In this document: one piece after another, positions 1 through 21,451 of the stretch
Layout of the letters: each line of letters begins with the position of its first letter
Numbering within the stretch: the stretch's first letter is position 1
Source of the DNA: the human T2T-CHM13v2.0 reference genome, Homo sapiens
NCBI RefSeq assembly: GCF_009914755.1
Contig: NC_060936.1
Length of the DNA: 64,000 bases
Strand: one strand, 5' to 3'
Made by a program: the position numbers and the translations under genes
The notes under the pieces: model-generated
What the model was told of the DNA's origin: nothing
Databases searched by the model: none
Seen by the model: the letters and a program-made list of their open reading frames with translations, nothing else

Positions 1-1348
1 AAAAGTGTATGAACAAAATGATTAGAAAAAAGGGTTTTGTAAAAACACTTATCTCTGCATTGAATAATCAATCTTTTACATTTTTGAAATTTTTTATTAT
101 CACACTCAACATAATTGGGACAGAATTTTTCAAATGATTGGGTTGTATGAAGATTTTATTTCTTTATGAGATGAAGCCATGGAAAAAGAAACATGTTCAG
201 GAAAGTCATGATTTCATATGTGTGTGTGGGTGTTTTTTTTTATAAGAAAATGCTTTGTGTCAGACAGAGAGACCTTTATAGGATTTCATTTGACTATCTA
301 CCAAACTAAGCATAAATCACCCTAAAATTTCTCCTACTTCTTTTGGAGATTTTTTACTAACTTACTAAAAAATAAAACATGTTAAGTTAAATGAAATGAA
401 TCATTAAGGAATAAAGGAAGAAAAGAGGTAAAGAAATATCAGAAGACATAATATATTCATAATATTCAAAACCACATTATATCAAGTAACTTTGTATTTT
501 TCAATTCAAATTAAAATCATGAAATAAGTGGTCCATCTGTGTTGACTTTCACTTAAACAAAACTACTCTTCATCTTACTCAGAATCCTATAGTTTTCCTA
601 TTATGTATGGTTCTTGCCTTCTGGCTCCTAGCCTTTTGGGAGTGAAATCTGCCCTAGCGAATCCATAGTTTAAATCAGTGTATTTGAGTTAAAAATAACT
701 TAAACAGTGATAGTGGAGAACACAAAGAAGGGTGATAGAAACAGAAAAATAAGGAGAGAAGAGTGCCAAAATTCTCACATATTATTTAAGTTGTTGTCCT
801 CTCTCCTCTCCCCACACAGAATATAACATCTTTAATATTCTAGCATTGCTATAAACAGAAATTTCACTGTTACATCTTGGATCCATTTATGATGAGCATT
901 GTAAATCTTGAGAAAGGATAGCAGATTAATTCTGTTGGCTTCTTTTTTAATACTGAAATTTTTTTTTAGAAAGAAGAAGGGTTTAAGAATTTTACAATAT
1001 TTTCTGTCTTTATTTCCTTGTTTATATTTCTTCTTTTATACACTGAAAGAGAATGGGCATATCGTGAGCCTAATATTACCAACAATTGCCCTTTACTTGT
1101 CCTCTCACACCCTTTCCCACCTCTTTTCCTGCCAATCCACCTTAAGTTCCCACCACAAGAATTCCCTGAATTCACGGAAATATTGAATCCATGTCTTCTT
1201 CATGTTCTTAATCTCATCTAATTTTCTCATTATCGAGCTTAGAATCTACATTATGTAATATAACATTGTATTATGTAATGTCTACTCTTAGTCTCTTACA
1301 CTTCTCCTCTTCAATGTGTGTTAATTTTTCCTTAAAAACTCCAGCTCT

Positions 1349-1675
1349 GGCTAGGTGCAGTGGCTCATACCCATAGTCCTAGCACTTTGAGAGGCCAAGA
1401 TGGGAGGATTATTTGAGGCCAGAAGTTTGAGACCAGCCTGGGGAAAGTAGAGATATGCCATGTCTATAAAAAAAAATTTTTTTTAATTAACTGGGCACCC
1501 ATAGTCTCAGCTGCTTGGGAGGCTGAGGAAAGAGGATTACTTGAGTCCAGGAGTTGGAGGCTCTAGTAAGCTAAGATCAGGCGAGTGTACTCCAGTCTGG
1601 GTGACACAGCAAGATCCTGCCTCAAACAAATCAAAACAAAACAAGACAAAAACCCCAAAAACAAACAAATAAAAA
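1349..1675 (+). mobile_element. Alu (AluJ-like)
   Basis: Dimeric Alu, degenerate A tail, TSD aactccag(c/t)tct. Confidence 0.9.
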
Positions 1676-2990
1676 CAACTCCAGTTCTGGTTAAACCCGA
1701 ATATCCACCCACTCTGCCCCAGAGTTGAATATTGCTGGTGAAAAATACACAAATTTTCAACCCCTGTTACTCTCACCTTTCCTCTGGTAAGAAAAAAGCA
1801 TCCATCTACACTTTTTTTTGTTGTTATTTAAATGTCTATCCTACCATGTCCTTACTGATACTCTGCTTTCCTTCCAGATAGTATTTACGATAAGTATGTA
1901 CTTATGAAGGGACGGCTCCTCATTTTGCTCTGAATTTCAGTCCATGTGTCGTTTTCAAAGACAGACTTCCGTAATTTTTTCCTTTCTCTCCTGTGTCGTT
2001 ATTCTCTCTTCCTTCTCTGCTTTTCCTTTTTTGGTGCACCAACATACTCTACTACTCACCAATATACTCTGCTACTCCTTTTATAACAAAACACAATCCT
2101 TGCTTGACCACTTAAGCCTTTCCATTATTATTTAACTTCTTTGTTTCCTTTCACAACTCAACTTTTGAAAGCATTTTCTTTGGCCACTGACTCTCAGTTC
2201 TTCACCTCTCATTCTGTTCTCAACCAACTCTATTAGGCTTCTGCCCCCTTGGTGCCATAGAGACTGAGCTTTAGGTCACTGATGTCCTGCCTGTTTCATC
2301 CCAATAGTCACATGTCTCTTCCATTACTTCACTTCCCTGCAGCATTGAAAAAGTTGAACAGTCCTCTAAATGCTTTCTTTGCACATCCCTCCTGACACAT
2401 CCTCATGGCTTCTCCTGTCACCATGCCTGCCTCTCCTCATTCTTTGTTGATTCCTCCTCCTAGATGAAACTCTACAAGATGGAATACTCTGAAGCCCTGT
2501 CCTGGGTCCCGTTTTATTGCATCACTCAGTACACTCTTCTAATCTACCTCATTCAGTTGTTTGACTTTAAATAGAGTGACTCCCCAATATCTCTGTATGA
2601 CCTTTCCCTGAATCTCAAGACTAGAAAATACATGTGCCACTTTCACATTTCCATAAGGAGTTCTAATCTCATTTTAAACTTAAAATGTCAAAAATAGTAA
2701 TATTTATTTTTCTTCTAAAATTGTCTCTCTCTCCAGACAGCCTCATCTCATTAAATACACATATAAATATATATTTAAATACAATTTTCAAGTGTTTTCT
2801 CTGTGCCAGTTCTGTTCTAATTGCATTATAAATATTAAATTATTTAGTGTCTGATACTTTGCAGTCTTTCTGTCTCCCATGCTTTAACCATATTGAAACT
2901 CAGACACAGAGATGTCAAAAGGTGTTAAATAATTTTCCCGAGGTTTCACAAGCAATAAGCAGCAGAACCAGAATTCAAACCAAAACATAC

Positions 2991-5250
2991 TGATATGGTT
3001 TGACTGTGTCTCCACCCAAATCTCATCTTGAATTGTAGCTCCCATAAGTCCCACATGCTGTAGGAGGGACATGGTGGGAGGTAATTGAATCATGGGAGCG
3101 GGTTTTTCCCATGCTGTTCTTGTGATAGTGAATAAGTCTCATGAGATCTGATGGTTTTATAAAGAGGAGTTTTCCTGCACAAGTTCTCTCTTGTCTGTGG
3201 CCATGTGAGATGTGCCTTTCACCTTCCACCATGAGTGTGAGGCCTCTCCAGCCACATGGAACCATGAGTCCATTAAACCTCTTTTTACTTATAAATTACC
3301 CAGTTGTGGGTATGTCTTTATCAGTCGTGTGAAAATGAACTAATGCAGTAAATTGGTACCAATAGAGTAGGGCGCTGCTGTAAAGATACCCAAAAATCTG
3401 AAAGAGACTTTGGGACTGGGCAACAGGCAGAGGTTGGAATACTTTGGAGGGCTCAGAAGAAGACATAAAAATGTGGGACAGTTTGGCACTTCCTAGAGAC
3501 TTCTTGAATGGCTTTGACAAAAATGGTGATAAGGCTGAGGTGGTCTCAGATGGAGATGAGGAATTTGTTGGGAACGGGAGCAAAGGTGACTCTTGTTATG
3601 TTTTAGCAAAGTGACTGGTAGCATTTTGCTCCTGCCCTAGAAATTTGTGGAACATTGAACTTGAGAGGGATGATTTAGGATATCTGGCAGAAGAAATTTC
3701 TAAGCAGCAAAGCATTAAAGATGTGACTCGGGTGCTGTTAAAAGCATTCAGTTTTATAAGGGAAGCAGAGCATAAAAGTTCAGAAAATTTGTGGCTTGAC
3801 AATGATAAATAAAAGAAAATCCCATTTTCTGAGGAGAAATTCAAGCCAGCTGAAGAAATTTCTAAAGTCATGGGAAGCCAAATGATAATCGCCAAGGCAA
3901 TGGGGAAAATGACTCCAGGGCATATCAGAGGTCTTCCCAGCAGCCCCTCCCATCACATGCCCAGAGGCCTAGGAGGAATAAATGGTATTATGGACTGAGC
4001 CCAGGGTCCCTCTGCTGTGTGCAGTCTAGGAACTTGGTGCCCTGCATCCCAGCTGCTCCAGCCATGACTAAAAGAGGCTAAGGTACAGCTCAGGTCATGG
4101 CTTCGGAGAGGGTGCAAACCCCAAGCCTTGGTAGCTTCCATGTGGTGTTGAGCCTTTGAGTGCACAGAAGTCAAGAGTTGGGTTTTGGGAACCTCTGTCT
4201 AGATTTCAGAGGATGTATGGAAATGCCTGGATGTCCAGGCAGAAGTTTGCTGCAGGCATGGGGTGCTCATGGATAACCTCTGCTAGGACAGTGCAGAAGG
4301 GAAATGTGAGGTCAGAAGCTCCACACAGAGTCCCCACTGGGGTACTGTCCAGTGGAGCAGTGAGAAGTGGACCACCGTCCTCCAGCTCTCAGAATGGTAG
4401 ATCCACTGACAGCATGCACTGTCCACTTGGAAAAGCTGCAGACACTCAATATCAGCCCATGAAAGCAGCCATGAGGGAGACTGTACCTTGCAAAGCCACA
4501 GGAGCAGAGCTGCCCAAAGACATGGGAGCCTACCTCTTGCATCAGCATGACCTGGATGTGAGATATAGAGCCAAAGGAGATGATTTTGGAGCTTTAAGAT
4601 TTGGTGCCCTTTGGACTTGCATGGGGCCTGTAGCCCCTTTGTTTTGGCCAATTTCTCCCATTTGGAATGACCGTATTTATCCAATGCCTGTACTCTCATT
4701 GTATCTAGGAAGTAACTAACTTTCTTTTGAATTTACTGGCTCATAGGTGGAAGGGACTTGCCTTGTCTCAGATGGACTGTGGACTTTTGAGTTAATGATG
4801 AAATGAGTTAAGTCTTTTGGGGACTGTTGGGAAGGCATGATTGGTTTTGAAATGTGAGACATGAGATTTGGGAGAGGTCAGGGTGGAATGATATGGTTTG
4901 GCTGTGTCCACACCCAAATCTCATCTTGAATTATAGCTCCCACAATTTCCACGTGTTGTTGGAGGGACCTCGTGGGAGGTAATTGAATCATATGGTAGGG
5001 GTGTTTCTCGTGCTGTTCCTGTGATAGTGAATAAGTGTCATGAGATCTGATGGTTTTATAAAGGGGAGTTTCCCTGCACAAGTTCTTTCTTCTCTTGTCT
5101 GCTGCCATATGAGGTGTGCCTTTCACCTTCCACCATGATTGTGAGGCCTCCCCAGCCACGTGAAACTGTGAATCCATTAAACCTCTCTTTCCTTATAAAT
5201 TGCCCAGTCTTGGGTATGTCTTATTAGCAATGTGAAAATGGACTAATACA
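2991..5250 (+). mobile_element. Full-length THE1 (THE1B-like) MaLR: LTR 2991-3347, internal 3348-4888, LTR 4889-5250
   Basis: Both LTRs run TGATATGG...TAAT(G/A)CA; TSD catac/catgc; source of the ORFs at 2884-5177. Confidence 0.93.
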
Positions 5251-7131
5251 CATGCTAACCCTAAAAATGGTGTTTTGCTTTTTATCACTATGAGATACTG
5301 CCTACAAATGTGCATATCTACCAACTTTCTCTAAAGAAAAATTTCAGAAATTTTTGCAATAGATTTTAGCTTAGAAATGTATACTTAATTTATCCATGGG
5401 TCATCAAATTCCCTAGTACTAGCTAGTCAAACTTCTGTTCTCTTTCACATGTCATACTGTAACAGATTTCTTACTGATAAAACAACTCTGTTATTTTGCC
5501 CTCCTAGATTAAATTCTTCCAGTGGTTTCCCCAAAAATCTAACTTATTCTGGCTAGAAAAGGCTGTAAATAATGTCTCCTCCTTGTTATTTTAAAAACAA
5601 ACCAAAAGAAAACAAATAAAACCTTTAACATCATTTTTCACATTGGCCACAATTCTTCTGCCCCTCTGAATATATTCTGTTTTTCAAATAGAAATCTTTT
5701 CCTTAAATTATTGTCTTTGAACTTCATGTAATTGCTACCTGTAATGTTCTTCCTACTTATTTTGCATGCTGGTTCCTATTCATAAGATTTGAACTGCCTG
5801 CTCTCTATAACAGCTTAGTTTTAAATCTCTGCACAACATCGCCAAATTTGAGATCTTTTCTCCCTTTCTTTCTTTCTCCCTGTCTCACTTATATATCTAT
5901 TTATCTATTTCCTCCTACAATTAAAATTTATAGCTGTGAAAACAGGAACTTGTACATCTTGCTCACTTTGATATTGTTAGCACCCAGGATAATGTCTAAT
6001 AAATACAAGGCACTCAAAAGATAACTTTTGAATAATTGAACTTTTTAATAATTGAATAAGTTCATTGAATAAATAAACTTGAATAATTGAATACATATAT
6101 AAATAAGAAAATAATTTTAAGAAAGATAGCACTGGCATTTATAATTCTAATCTTAGATAAAATCTTGAACATATAGTTCTTTCAGTAGTAACTATTTTCT
6201 AAAGTCTACAGAAGTTAAGTTTTACTATTTATTAGTAATTGTCTCTGGATTTCACAATATTATTGCACCATCAACTATGAGATGTAAGACATAGCTCAGA
6301 AGTATAGTGAGATTATTATGGTATCCCTGAATTGGATTTTCTTGAAATATCTAGCTAGTCTTTACCTAATGTATAATAGCTTTATACATAATGATGATTT
6401 AAATAACATAGTCACAATAATAATTCACTCACAAAGTTTATAATTCCTGTTTTTTTTTAAATAGAGAAATGATCTATTCTGGGCTTCACTATTCATTAAA
6501 AAGGAAGTATTCAATAAAAGTTTCTTGCAAAAACACATGAAAATTTTTTTGAAAAATTGCAATAAAAATGGTGTAGATCTGGACTAAGATCAAAAGCTAA
6601 TGGGAGGACACCCAAAGACATTATGAAAAGACAGCCTATCTTGTTCATTCTGCAGCTAAATTCTCATAATTGCCTGGGGGGATACATAAACAACTGAAAC
6701 TGTTTTTCTTGACATGCCACAATTGTCTACTCAAGCAAAGACTTCTCCTATTGGCTTCTCTGTTAATTTCCAGCTACTCACTTTTCCCAAATTTGTACAA
6801 ACAAAATACACTATATCTAGGTTGACTGGTTTTCTCCATTCTCTATTATAAATTCTGTTTTTGCTTATCTGTTTTTTTAAATCAGTCTACCAGTTAACAG
6901 CTTCTCCTGCCAGAATCAATTTACATACAAAACAATTAAGTGATTTTGATTTATTCTTGACATATTCTTCAAAAATATTTTTTGAATATTCTTGAATGGC
7001 TAGCAAATCCATTTCTTTCCAATAGGCATATTAGGAAATAAAGGTAAAATGAATGAATGAATGAATGAGTAAATAATCCAAATGAAAGTTATACCATTTT
7101 TAGGCCTCTCTGTTAATTTTGCTTTCCACAG

Positions 7132-13192
<6,061 letters not shown>

Positions 13193-13737
13193 GGCATCAA
13201 TCAAATACATTGAAGGAGTGTAGGGGGTGGGGGTTCTAGGCTATAGGTAAATTTAAATATTTTCTGGTTGACAATTAGTTGAGTTTGTCTGAAGACCTGG
13301 GATTTTATCATGCAGATGAAACATCCAGGTAGCAAGCTTCAGAGAGAATAGACTGTGAATGTTAATGCCAGAGAGGTATAATGAAGCATGTCCCACCTCC
13401 CACTTTCCATCATGGCCTGAACCCTGGAGGAAGAGGAAGTCCATTCAGATAGTGTGGGGGGCCTTCGAATTTTCATTTTCATTTACGTTCTTCCCCTTCT
13501 GGCCAAGATTTGCCAGAGGCAACATCAAAAACCAGCAAATTTTAATTTTGTCCCACAGCGTTGCTAGGGTGGCATGGCTCCCCATCTCGGGTCCATCCTA
13601 TACTTCCATGGGACTCCCTATGGCTGAAGGCCTTATGAGTCAAAGGACTTATAGCCAATTGATTGTTCTAGGCCAGGTAAGAATGGATATGGACATGCAT
13701 TTATTACCTCTTAAAATTATTATTTTAAGTAAAAGCC

Positions 13738-13743
13738 AATAAA
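13738..13743 (+). terminator. Probable CLEC12A poly(A) signal AATAAA
   Basis: First AATAAA I found after the stop codon, ~550 nt downstream, inside antisense ERV internal sequence. Confidence 0.6.
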
Positions 13744-14612
13744 CAAAAACGAAAAGGCAAGTTACGAGACTGACTTATTTTTAACTTCTGTGTGTTGAGC
13801 TACTGTAAGCTTGGCTTTTGTTAAAGACATACAGCAATTAGCTATGCAAACATAAGCATTGTTCTGAAAAAAAATATATAGATAGATATGTTTATCTCCA
13901 TAACTCATAACTGGGAGTATTATACCCAAGAGGCTTTGTTACAAGGTATTTTTTATCCTGTTAGTAAATATTTTCCTGTAATTCTATAATAAGCAAATAA
14001 ATTTTCATGGTTGGGGTAGATGCAAAAGTGACACATAATCATTTAGAAAGCAACTAAACTTGTTTTACCAGCTGTTTAGGCATTTTTGTAACCCCTCCTT
14101 GATTTGGAGGTTTGACCTTGACCTAATTTTTTTCTTTAAAACCAGCCCTTACAATCTTCTGCCCCCTCCTCTTCTGTGACAGTAGCTGGGCCTAGAGGGA
14201 AGGGGGCTTGTATAGTTTGTGCAGCAGAGCATTCTCAGTGAAATACAGATCCCGGCCCAGTGGGATGCCAAAATGACGGAGAGCCACATCTCTGATCTTC
14301 AAAATATCATGATTTGGGTTTTCCTGGAAGTAAAACAAGAAGAGATAAATAACATTTACAGTTTGATCATTAAAAGAGCAATTTGTGCGTCAGAATAGAA
14401 AAAGGAACCTATTCCATTAGGGTACCAACTAAAAATACGAAGAAAAATTATAATCTGGTACTTGCTAGTGGATTACCATAGCCAAAAAATGATGTTTCAG
14501 TCTCCACTGAAAAAAAAAAAAAAAAGATTAGGACTGAAATTGAGTATTAAATGTTTTCCTTTGAAGCAATTCCTTTATCCCCCCGCCCTTTTTTTCTATT
14601 AAAGAGAAATTA

Positions 14613-14997
<385 letters not shown>

Positions 14998-15961
14998 AAA
15001 ATGCAGCAAGAATTGATTGGCCATATAGGCTTCTTTAAGTTGACCTTGACTGAACTTTACCTAAAAATATGCTATTTTAGTTAAAGTCTTAGTAAAATAA
15101 CCAGTGTCTCAAATTCTTTTGTTTTAAAAGATGCTTTTTGAATTTATGCAAATGACTATACTGTCATAAAATCACAATCCAAATTTTAGAACTCAAAGAG
15201 AAATATAAATTTGCTTACAAAAACATACTTCACTCAAATAACTCAAAAGAAAAAGATTTTGTTGACCCTGCTTTAACCAGAGCCAGAGCTTTCAAACAAT
15301 GTTTATTTGGGAAATGCCATTTACAAGCCAACAGCTCATGAAAGCTGTCTATCAGGCATGGTAGAATCTAGGAAAGAGGCCCCCTACTTATCAGTATTTT
15401 CTCCTAATATCCCCAGGTAGCAAGATTCTATGTAAATCATTTTTATTTTTTTATGGAACTCTTTTGGGCACCATCATTTTTATTAGCTTAGGGGTGGCTT
15501 CAGTTAAAATTCCATAGCAAGGCAGTACATGGCTCTCAGGTGGAAATTCTCTGTTCAATATTGTCATTGGGAAATATTTACAGTTTTTTGCCATCAGCCC
15601 CAATAAATGTGCCACAAATGCCACAAATGAAATGGAGGATTTGTCCTGACTAGCGCTCTAGCTTCTACCCAATACTTTGTGGGCTGAGGCAATTTTACTA
15701 GTTCCCATTCAGCATGTTCAATTAACATTTACTAAAAGAGCAGATTTATATGCCTTCAGCTTTATAGTACTAGAAAGGGGAAACATCTCCCAGTCAGATA
15801 TAGTACCCATTTTCACATGACATTTAGGTAAAGGGCTTACAACTACCTTCCATAAAGTTTGTTTAAACATCTTAAATTTTATAATTCTGTTAACCTGTAT
15901 GTTTTTGTTTGTTTTTTTGTTTTGTTTTGTTTTTAGCCCCAGATCATTTTACCTTTTCTTT

Positions 15962-16400
<439 letters not shown>

Positions 16401-17539
16401 TTAGACCTAAAACCATAAAAATCCTAGAAGAAAACCTAGGCATTACCATTCAGGACACAGGCATGGGCAAGGACTTCATGTCTAAAACACCAAAAGCAAT
16501 GGCATCAAAAGCCAAAATTGACAAATGGGATCTAATTAAACTCAAGAGCTTCTGCACAGCAAAAGAAACTACCATCAGAGTGTACAGGCAACCTACAAAA
16601 TGGGAGAAAGTTTTTGCAATCTACTCATCTGACAAAGGGCTAATATCCAGAATCTACGAAGAACTCAAACAAATTTACAAGAAAAAACAAACAACCCCAT
16701 CAAAAAGTGGGCAAAGGATATGAACAGACACTTCTCAAAAGAAGACATTTATGCAGCCAAAAGACACATGTAAAAGTGCTCATCATCACTGGCCATCAGA
16801 GAAATGCAAATCAAAACCACAATGAGATACCATCCCACACCAGTTAGAATGGTGATCATTAAAAAGTCAGGAGACAACAGGTGCTGGAGAGGATGTGGAG
16901 AAATAGGAACACTTTTACACTGTTGGTGGGACGTAAACTAGTTCAACCATTATGGAAGTCAGTGTGGCGATTCCTCAGGGATCTAGAACTAGAAATACCA
17001 TTTGACCCAGCCATCCCATTGCTGGGTATATACCCAAAGGATTATAAAACATGTTGCTATAAAGACACATGCACATGTATGTTTATTGCAGCACTATTCA
17101 CAATAGCAAAGACTTGGAACCAACCCGAATGTCCAACAGTGATAGACTGGATTAAGAAAATGTGGCACATATACACCATGGAATACTATGCAGCCATAAA
17201 AAAGGATGAGTTCATGTCCTTTGTAGGGACATGGATGAAGCTGGAAACCGTCATTCTCAGCAAAGTATTGCAAGGACAAAAAACCAAACACCGCATGTTC
17301 TCACTCATAGGTGGGAATTGAACAATGAGAACACCTGGACACAGGAAGGGGAACATCACACACCGGGGCCTGTTGTGGGATGGGGGGAGGGGGGAGGGAT
17401 AGCATTAGGAGATACACCTAATGTTAAATGACGAGTTAATGGGTGCAGCACACCAACATGGCACATGTATACATATGTAACTAACCTGCACGTTGTGCAC
17501 ATGTACCCTAAAACTTAAAGTATAATAATAAAAAAAAAA
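16401..17539 (+). mobile_element. 5'-truncated L1PA 3' end
   Basis: ORF2 C-terminal fragments (ORFs 16370 and 16881), G-rich 3' UTR, poly(A) tail. Confidence 0.96.
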
Positions 17540-17540
17540 G

Positions 17541-19318
17541 AAATTACAAGTGCTGCTCCAATGAACACACAAATAGTAAGAAAACAAGATAGCCTTATTG
17601 CTGATATGGAGAAAGTTTGGTGGTCTGGATACAAGACGAAACCAATCACAACGTTCTCTTAAGTCAAAGCCTAATCCAGAGCAAGGCCCTAACTCTTGTC
17701 AATTCTGTGATGGGTGAGAGAGGTGAAGAAGCTACAGAAGAAATGTTGGAAGCTAGCAGAGGTTGGTTCATCAGGTTTAAGGAAAGAAGCCTTCTCTCTA
17801 ACATAAAAATGAAAGATGAAGCAGCAAGTTGTGATGTAGAAACTGGAGCAAGTTATCCAGAAGATATAGCTAAGATAGCTGAAGGTGTCTAGATGAAACA
17901 GCTTTGTATTGGAAAGACATGTCATCTAGGATTTTTATACCTAGAGAGGAAAAGTCAATGGCTGGCTTGAAAGCTTCAAAGGACAAGCTGACTCTCTTGT
18001 TAGGGACTAATGCAGCTGATGACTTTAAGTTAAAGCCAGTAGTCTTTTATCATTTCAAACGTCCTAGGGACCTTAATAATTATGCTAAATGTACCTGCCA
18101 ATACTCTATGAATGAAACAATGACGTCTAGATGAAAGCACATTTGTTTATAGCATTGTTTACTGAGTATTTTAAGCCCATTGTTGAGAAACACTGCTCAG
18201 AAAAAAAAAAGGTCTTTTTTTCAAAATATTACAGCTCATTGACAATGCACCTAGTCACCCAAGAGCTCTTATAGACATGTACCGGGAGGTTAATGTTTTC
18301 AGTCCTGCTAACACAGCATCCTTTTCTGCAACCAACAAATCAAGGAGTAATTTTGACTTTCAAGTTTTATTCTTTAAGAAATACACATCATAAGGCTATA
18401 ACTCCCACAGATACTGATTCTTCTTATATATCAGAGCAAAGTAAATTGAAAACCACCTGGAAACAACTTACCATTCTAGATGCCATTAAAAAGATTTGTG
18501 ATTCATGGAAGGAAGACAAAGTGTCAACATTAACAGACACTTGGAAGAAGTTGAATCAAACCCTCATGGATAACTTGCAGGCGTTCAAGACTTCAGTGGT
18601 GGAAGTAACTGCAGATGTGGTGGAAATAGCAAGAGAACTAGAACTGGAAGTGGAGCCTGAAGATGTGGCTGAATTGATGCAATTTTATCAGGAAACTTTA
18701 ACAAATGAGGAGTTGCTTTTTATGGATGAGCAAAGAAAATGGTTCTTGAGACAAATATTATTCCTGGTGAACATGCTGTGAACATTGTTGAAATGCTAAT
18801 AAAGTATTCTGAATATTGCATAAACTTAGTTGATAAAGCAGTAGCAGGATTTGAGAGGACTGACTTCAATTTTGAAAGAAGTTTACGATGAGTAAAATGC
18901 TATTTAACAGCATCGCATTCTACAGATAAAAATTTCATAAAAGGAAGACTAAATTGATGCTACAAACTTCACCATTGTCTTATTTTAAAAATAGCCACAT
19001 CTACCCCATCCTTCAGCAACCACTGCTGTGATCCATCAGCAGCCATCAACATCAAGGCAAGACGCTACACCAGCAAAAAGATTTTCACTCACTAAAGACT
19101 CAAATAATCAGCATTTTTAGCAATAAACTATTTTTAATAAAACTATGTACATTTTCCAGACATAATGCTGTTGTATACTTAATAGAAGACGTTGTAGCTC
19201 AAACATAACTTTTACACGAATTGGGAAAGCAAATAATTAATGTGACTCACTTTATTGCAATAATTGCTTTATTGTGGTGGTCTGGAACTGAACCCACAAT
19301 ATTTCCGAGGCATGCCTG
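17541..19318 (+). mobile_element. Tigger1 DNA transposon, 5'-truncated
   Basis: Degenerate pogo transposase ORFs (17617-18781); right TIR ...GAGGCATGCCTG followed by TA. Confidence 0.92.
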
Positions 19319-21255
19319 TAAGTTAGTTTTAAATTGAAGAAGACAGAAGTCAAATTTTGCTGGAGTTCACTTAGATGACATGTAGAAGATTTAGTATTTG
19401 AAATGAGGTGGTCTGATCTGTGCTACTAACGTTTGTGCTATTTTGATTTTATGTATAAGATACTTTAGATATGAATACCAGAAAAAGAATCACAGTGATT
19501 GGCCTACATTTTTAATTGTATTGTTGCCATGCACTAAGATATTATTCTTCTAAGTTTATGTGTGCTATAGGGATGTATACACATATGTTTTTCCATTTTA
19601 GGGAGATGAAACAAAGTTGAGTTGCTAATTTTGTACAGTTTTCTGAATTATTGGTTCCTATTTAGTTTCTCTAAATAGACAATTCAAAATAAAAAACATA
19701 CTGATACCATCACCCAAATCCAAGATCTCCAGACATTTGAAGTAACAAGTAAAATTTGAGGTATTTCTATTATTTTTCCTAAGCCCTCCAAATCTGCTTA
19801 ATTATTGATAAGCTAGAAAAAAGATAAAGATTCAAGTGTCTTTCAGTGTTAGCGCACAAAGCTTTAAGAGTAACACATATTTATTGAGTATGTATTACAT
19901 ACTTGGTATTCTGATCGATACTTTATATAATCATATTAAATGAGCTTCACAATTAACTTATGAGCAAGGTAATAATATTAAACCCATTTCAAGGTGAGAA
20001 CATTACTTATCCAAAGCCAGATAGAGAGTAAGTTCTAAAGTAGTGATATTTCTCTAACTGTATTAAAGACTACTTGTATGAGAATTGTGTCGTGATGCTG
20101 GTAAAAACCCAGGTCTCTGTGTCTCCTCAGTCTTCCCACTGAGTAACATCAGCATTTGAGTTTCCTATTTGGTTTCTCTATGTTTTAACCAAAACCTCCG
20201 TTGAGATGTTTGAGAATCATGTTCGTAAATGGTAGCCACTAGTTAAAAAAGGGAAGCTGTGGGAAAGAAATGCAATTTTTTCCTATTATCCTGTAAAAGG
20301 GTGCCTTTCCACATATTCTGTAAATACTTCCTGAGTTACTCAGCAAAAATAAAGCACAGAACTGTTAGGAAAATACTAATTAAAGCATTTTTACTTGTCC
20401 TTCTGTCTAGTAGCCTCTGAAACTTAAGAAGCATTTATTCATTTTACAAACCCAGTGAGTTTTCTTGCAAACTTTCTTTTCCTTCTCTAGCGCAGAAAAT
20501 TACTACTGTTGAATCTAACCAGAGGTAGACTTGGAATAGTAATTCTATTTGCGTAATGTTTTAATGATTGAGCTATTTTTCTCATGAACTATCTTATACA
20601 AAGAGAAACAAATATCTCTCTGTTTTGTGAGCCAGGGTTTCGGGTTGGTGCTGGTAAGAGAATAGTGAATGGGGAAGTCATAGTGTTCGCTTTCATGGAG
20701 TTTCTGGTACAGTTAACACTCTAAAGTTCTATTTTAGGTTGTAGAACTGTGAGATATAAAAGATGGTTGTTATTATTCCTATTTTAAATATGAGAAAAGG
20801 GAAGTTAAAGAGGTTATGAAACTTGTTCATGATTGTAATTTAGTTAATTGACATCTAAATTATTTTGCTGATTCTAAGTTTAATATTCTTTTTACTATCT
20901 TACACTGCCTTTCAAACTTAGATATTTTGGACAGATTTCAAACATAGATATTTTGCACAACTTATATTAATTAAGCCCTAACCTATATTGGCCTGATTTT
21001 GATGTTATATGTGTATATCTGAAGATGCAGTAAATCATACCATGTTCAGGTAATTAGAAATGAAGGACAAGAAGAAAGAAAATTAAAGGAAAATAGAACA
21101 ATTGGGAAGCAAATGATAAACTCACGTGATGGCTTCTGTATATTCAAAGAAGGGACTAGGTAATTCTGATAGGAAAGATAATATTAAAAATAACTCCAGT
21201 GAGAAGAAAGGGAGAAATAAGCAATTTTCAGCTACTGATGCATTCATACATATCT

Positions 21256-21261
21256 TTTATT
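21256..21261 (-). terminator. CLEC1B poly(A) signal AATAAA
   Basis: TTTATT on the + strand, 45 nt after the stop codon. Confidence 0.75.
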
Positions 21262-21306
21262 GTACAATAAAGCCCTTATCTGTGTTATCCTGTCCACCTC
21301 TTTGCA

Positions 21307-21451
21307 TTAAGGTAGTTGGTCCACCTTGGTCATGCCAGCCTTCCTCTCACACATTAAATAATGTTTGTTCTCACAGAAGGTAGGGTGCATTTTCCCATTA
21401 TGAAAATAAGCACAATTCATATTTCCTTTTCCATCTTCCAAAAACTCAAAC
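21307..21451 (-). CDS. CLEC1B: CLEC1B exon 6 coding part
   Basis: tcacag|GTTTGAG...CCTTAA. Confidence 0.97.

Noticed and set aside
2884-5177. Cluster of long ORFs (up to 187 aa)
   Set aside because: All lie in the THE1 LTR or internal sequence; not host genes
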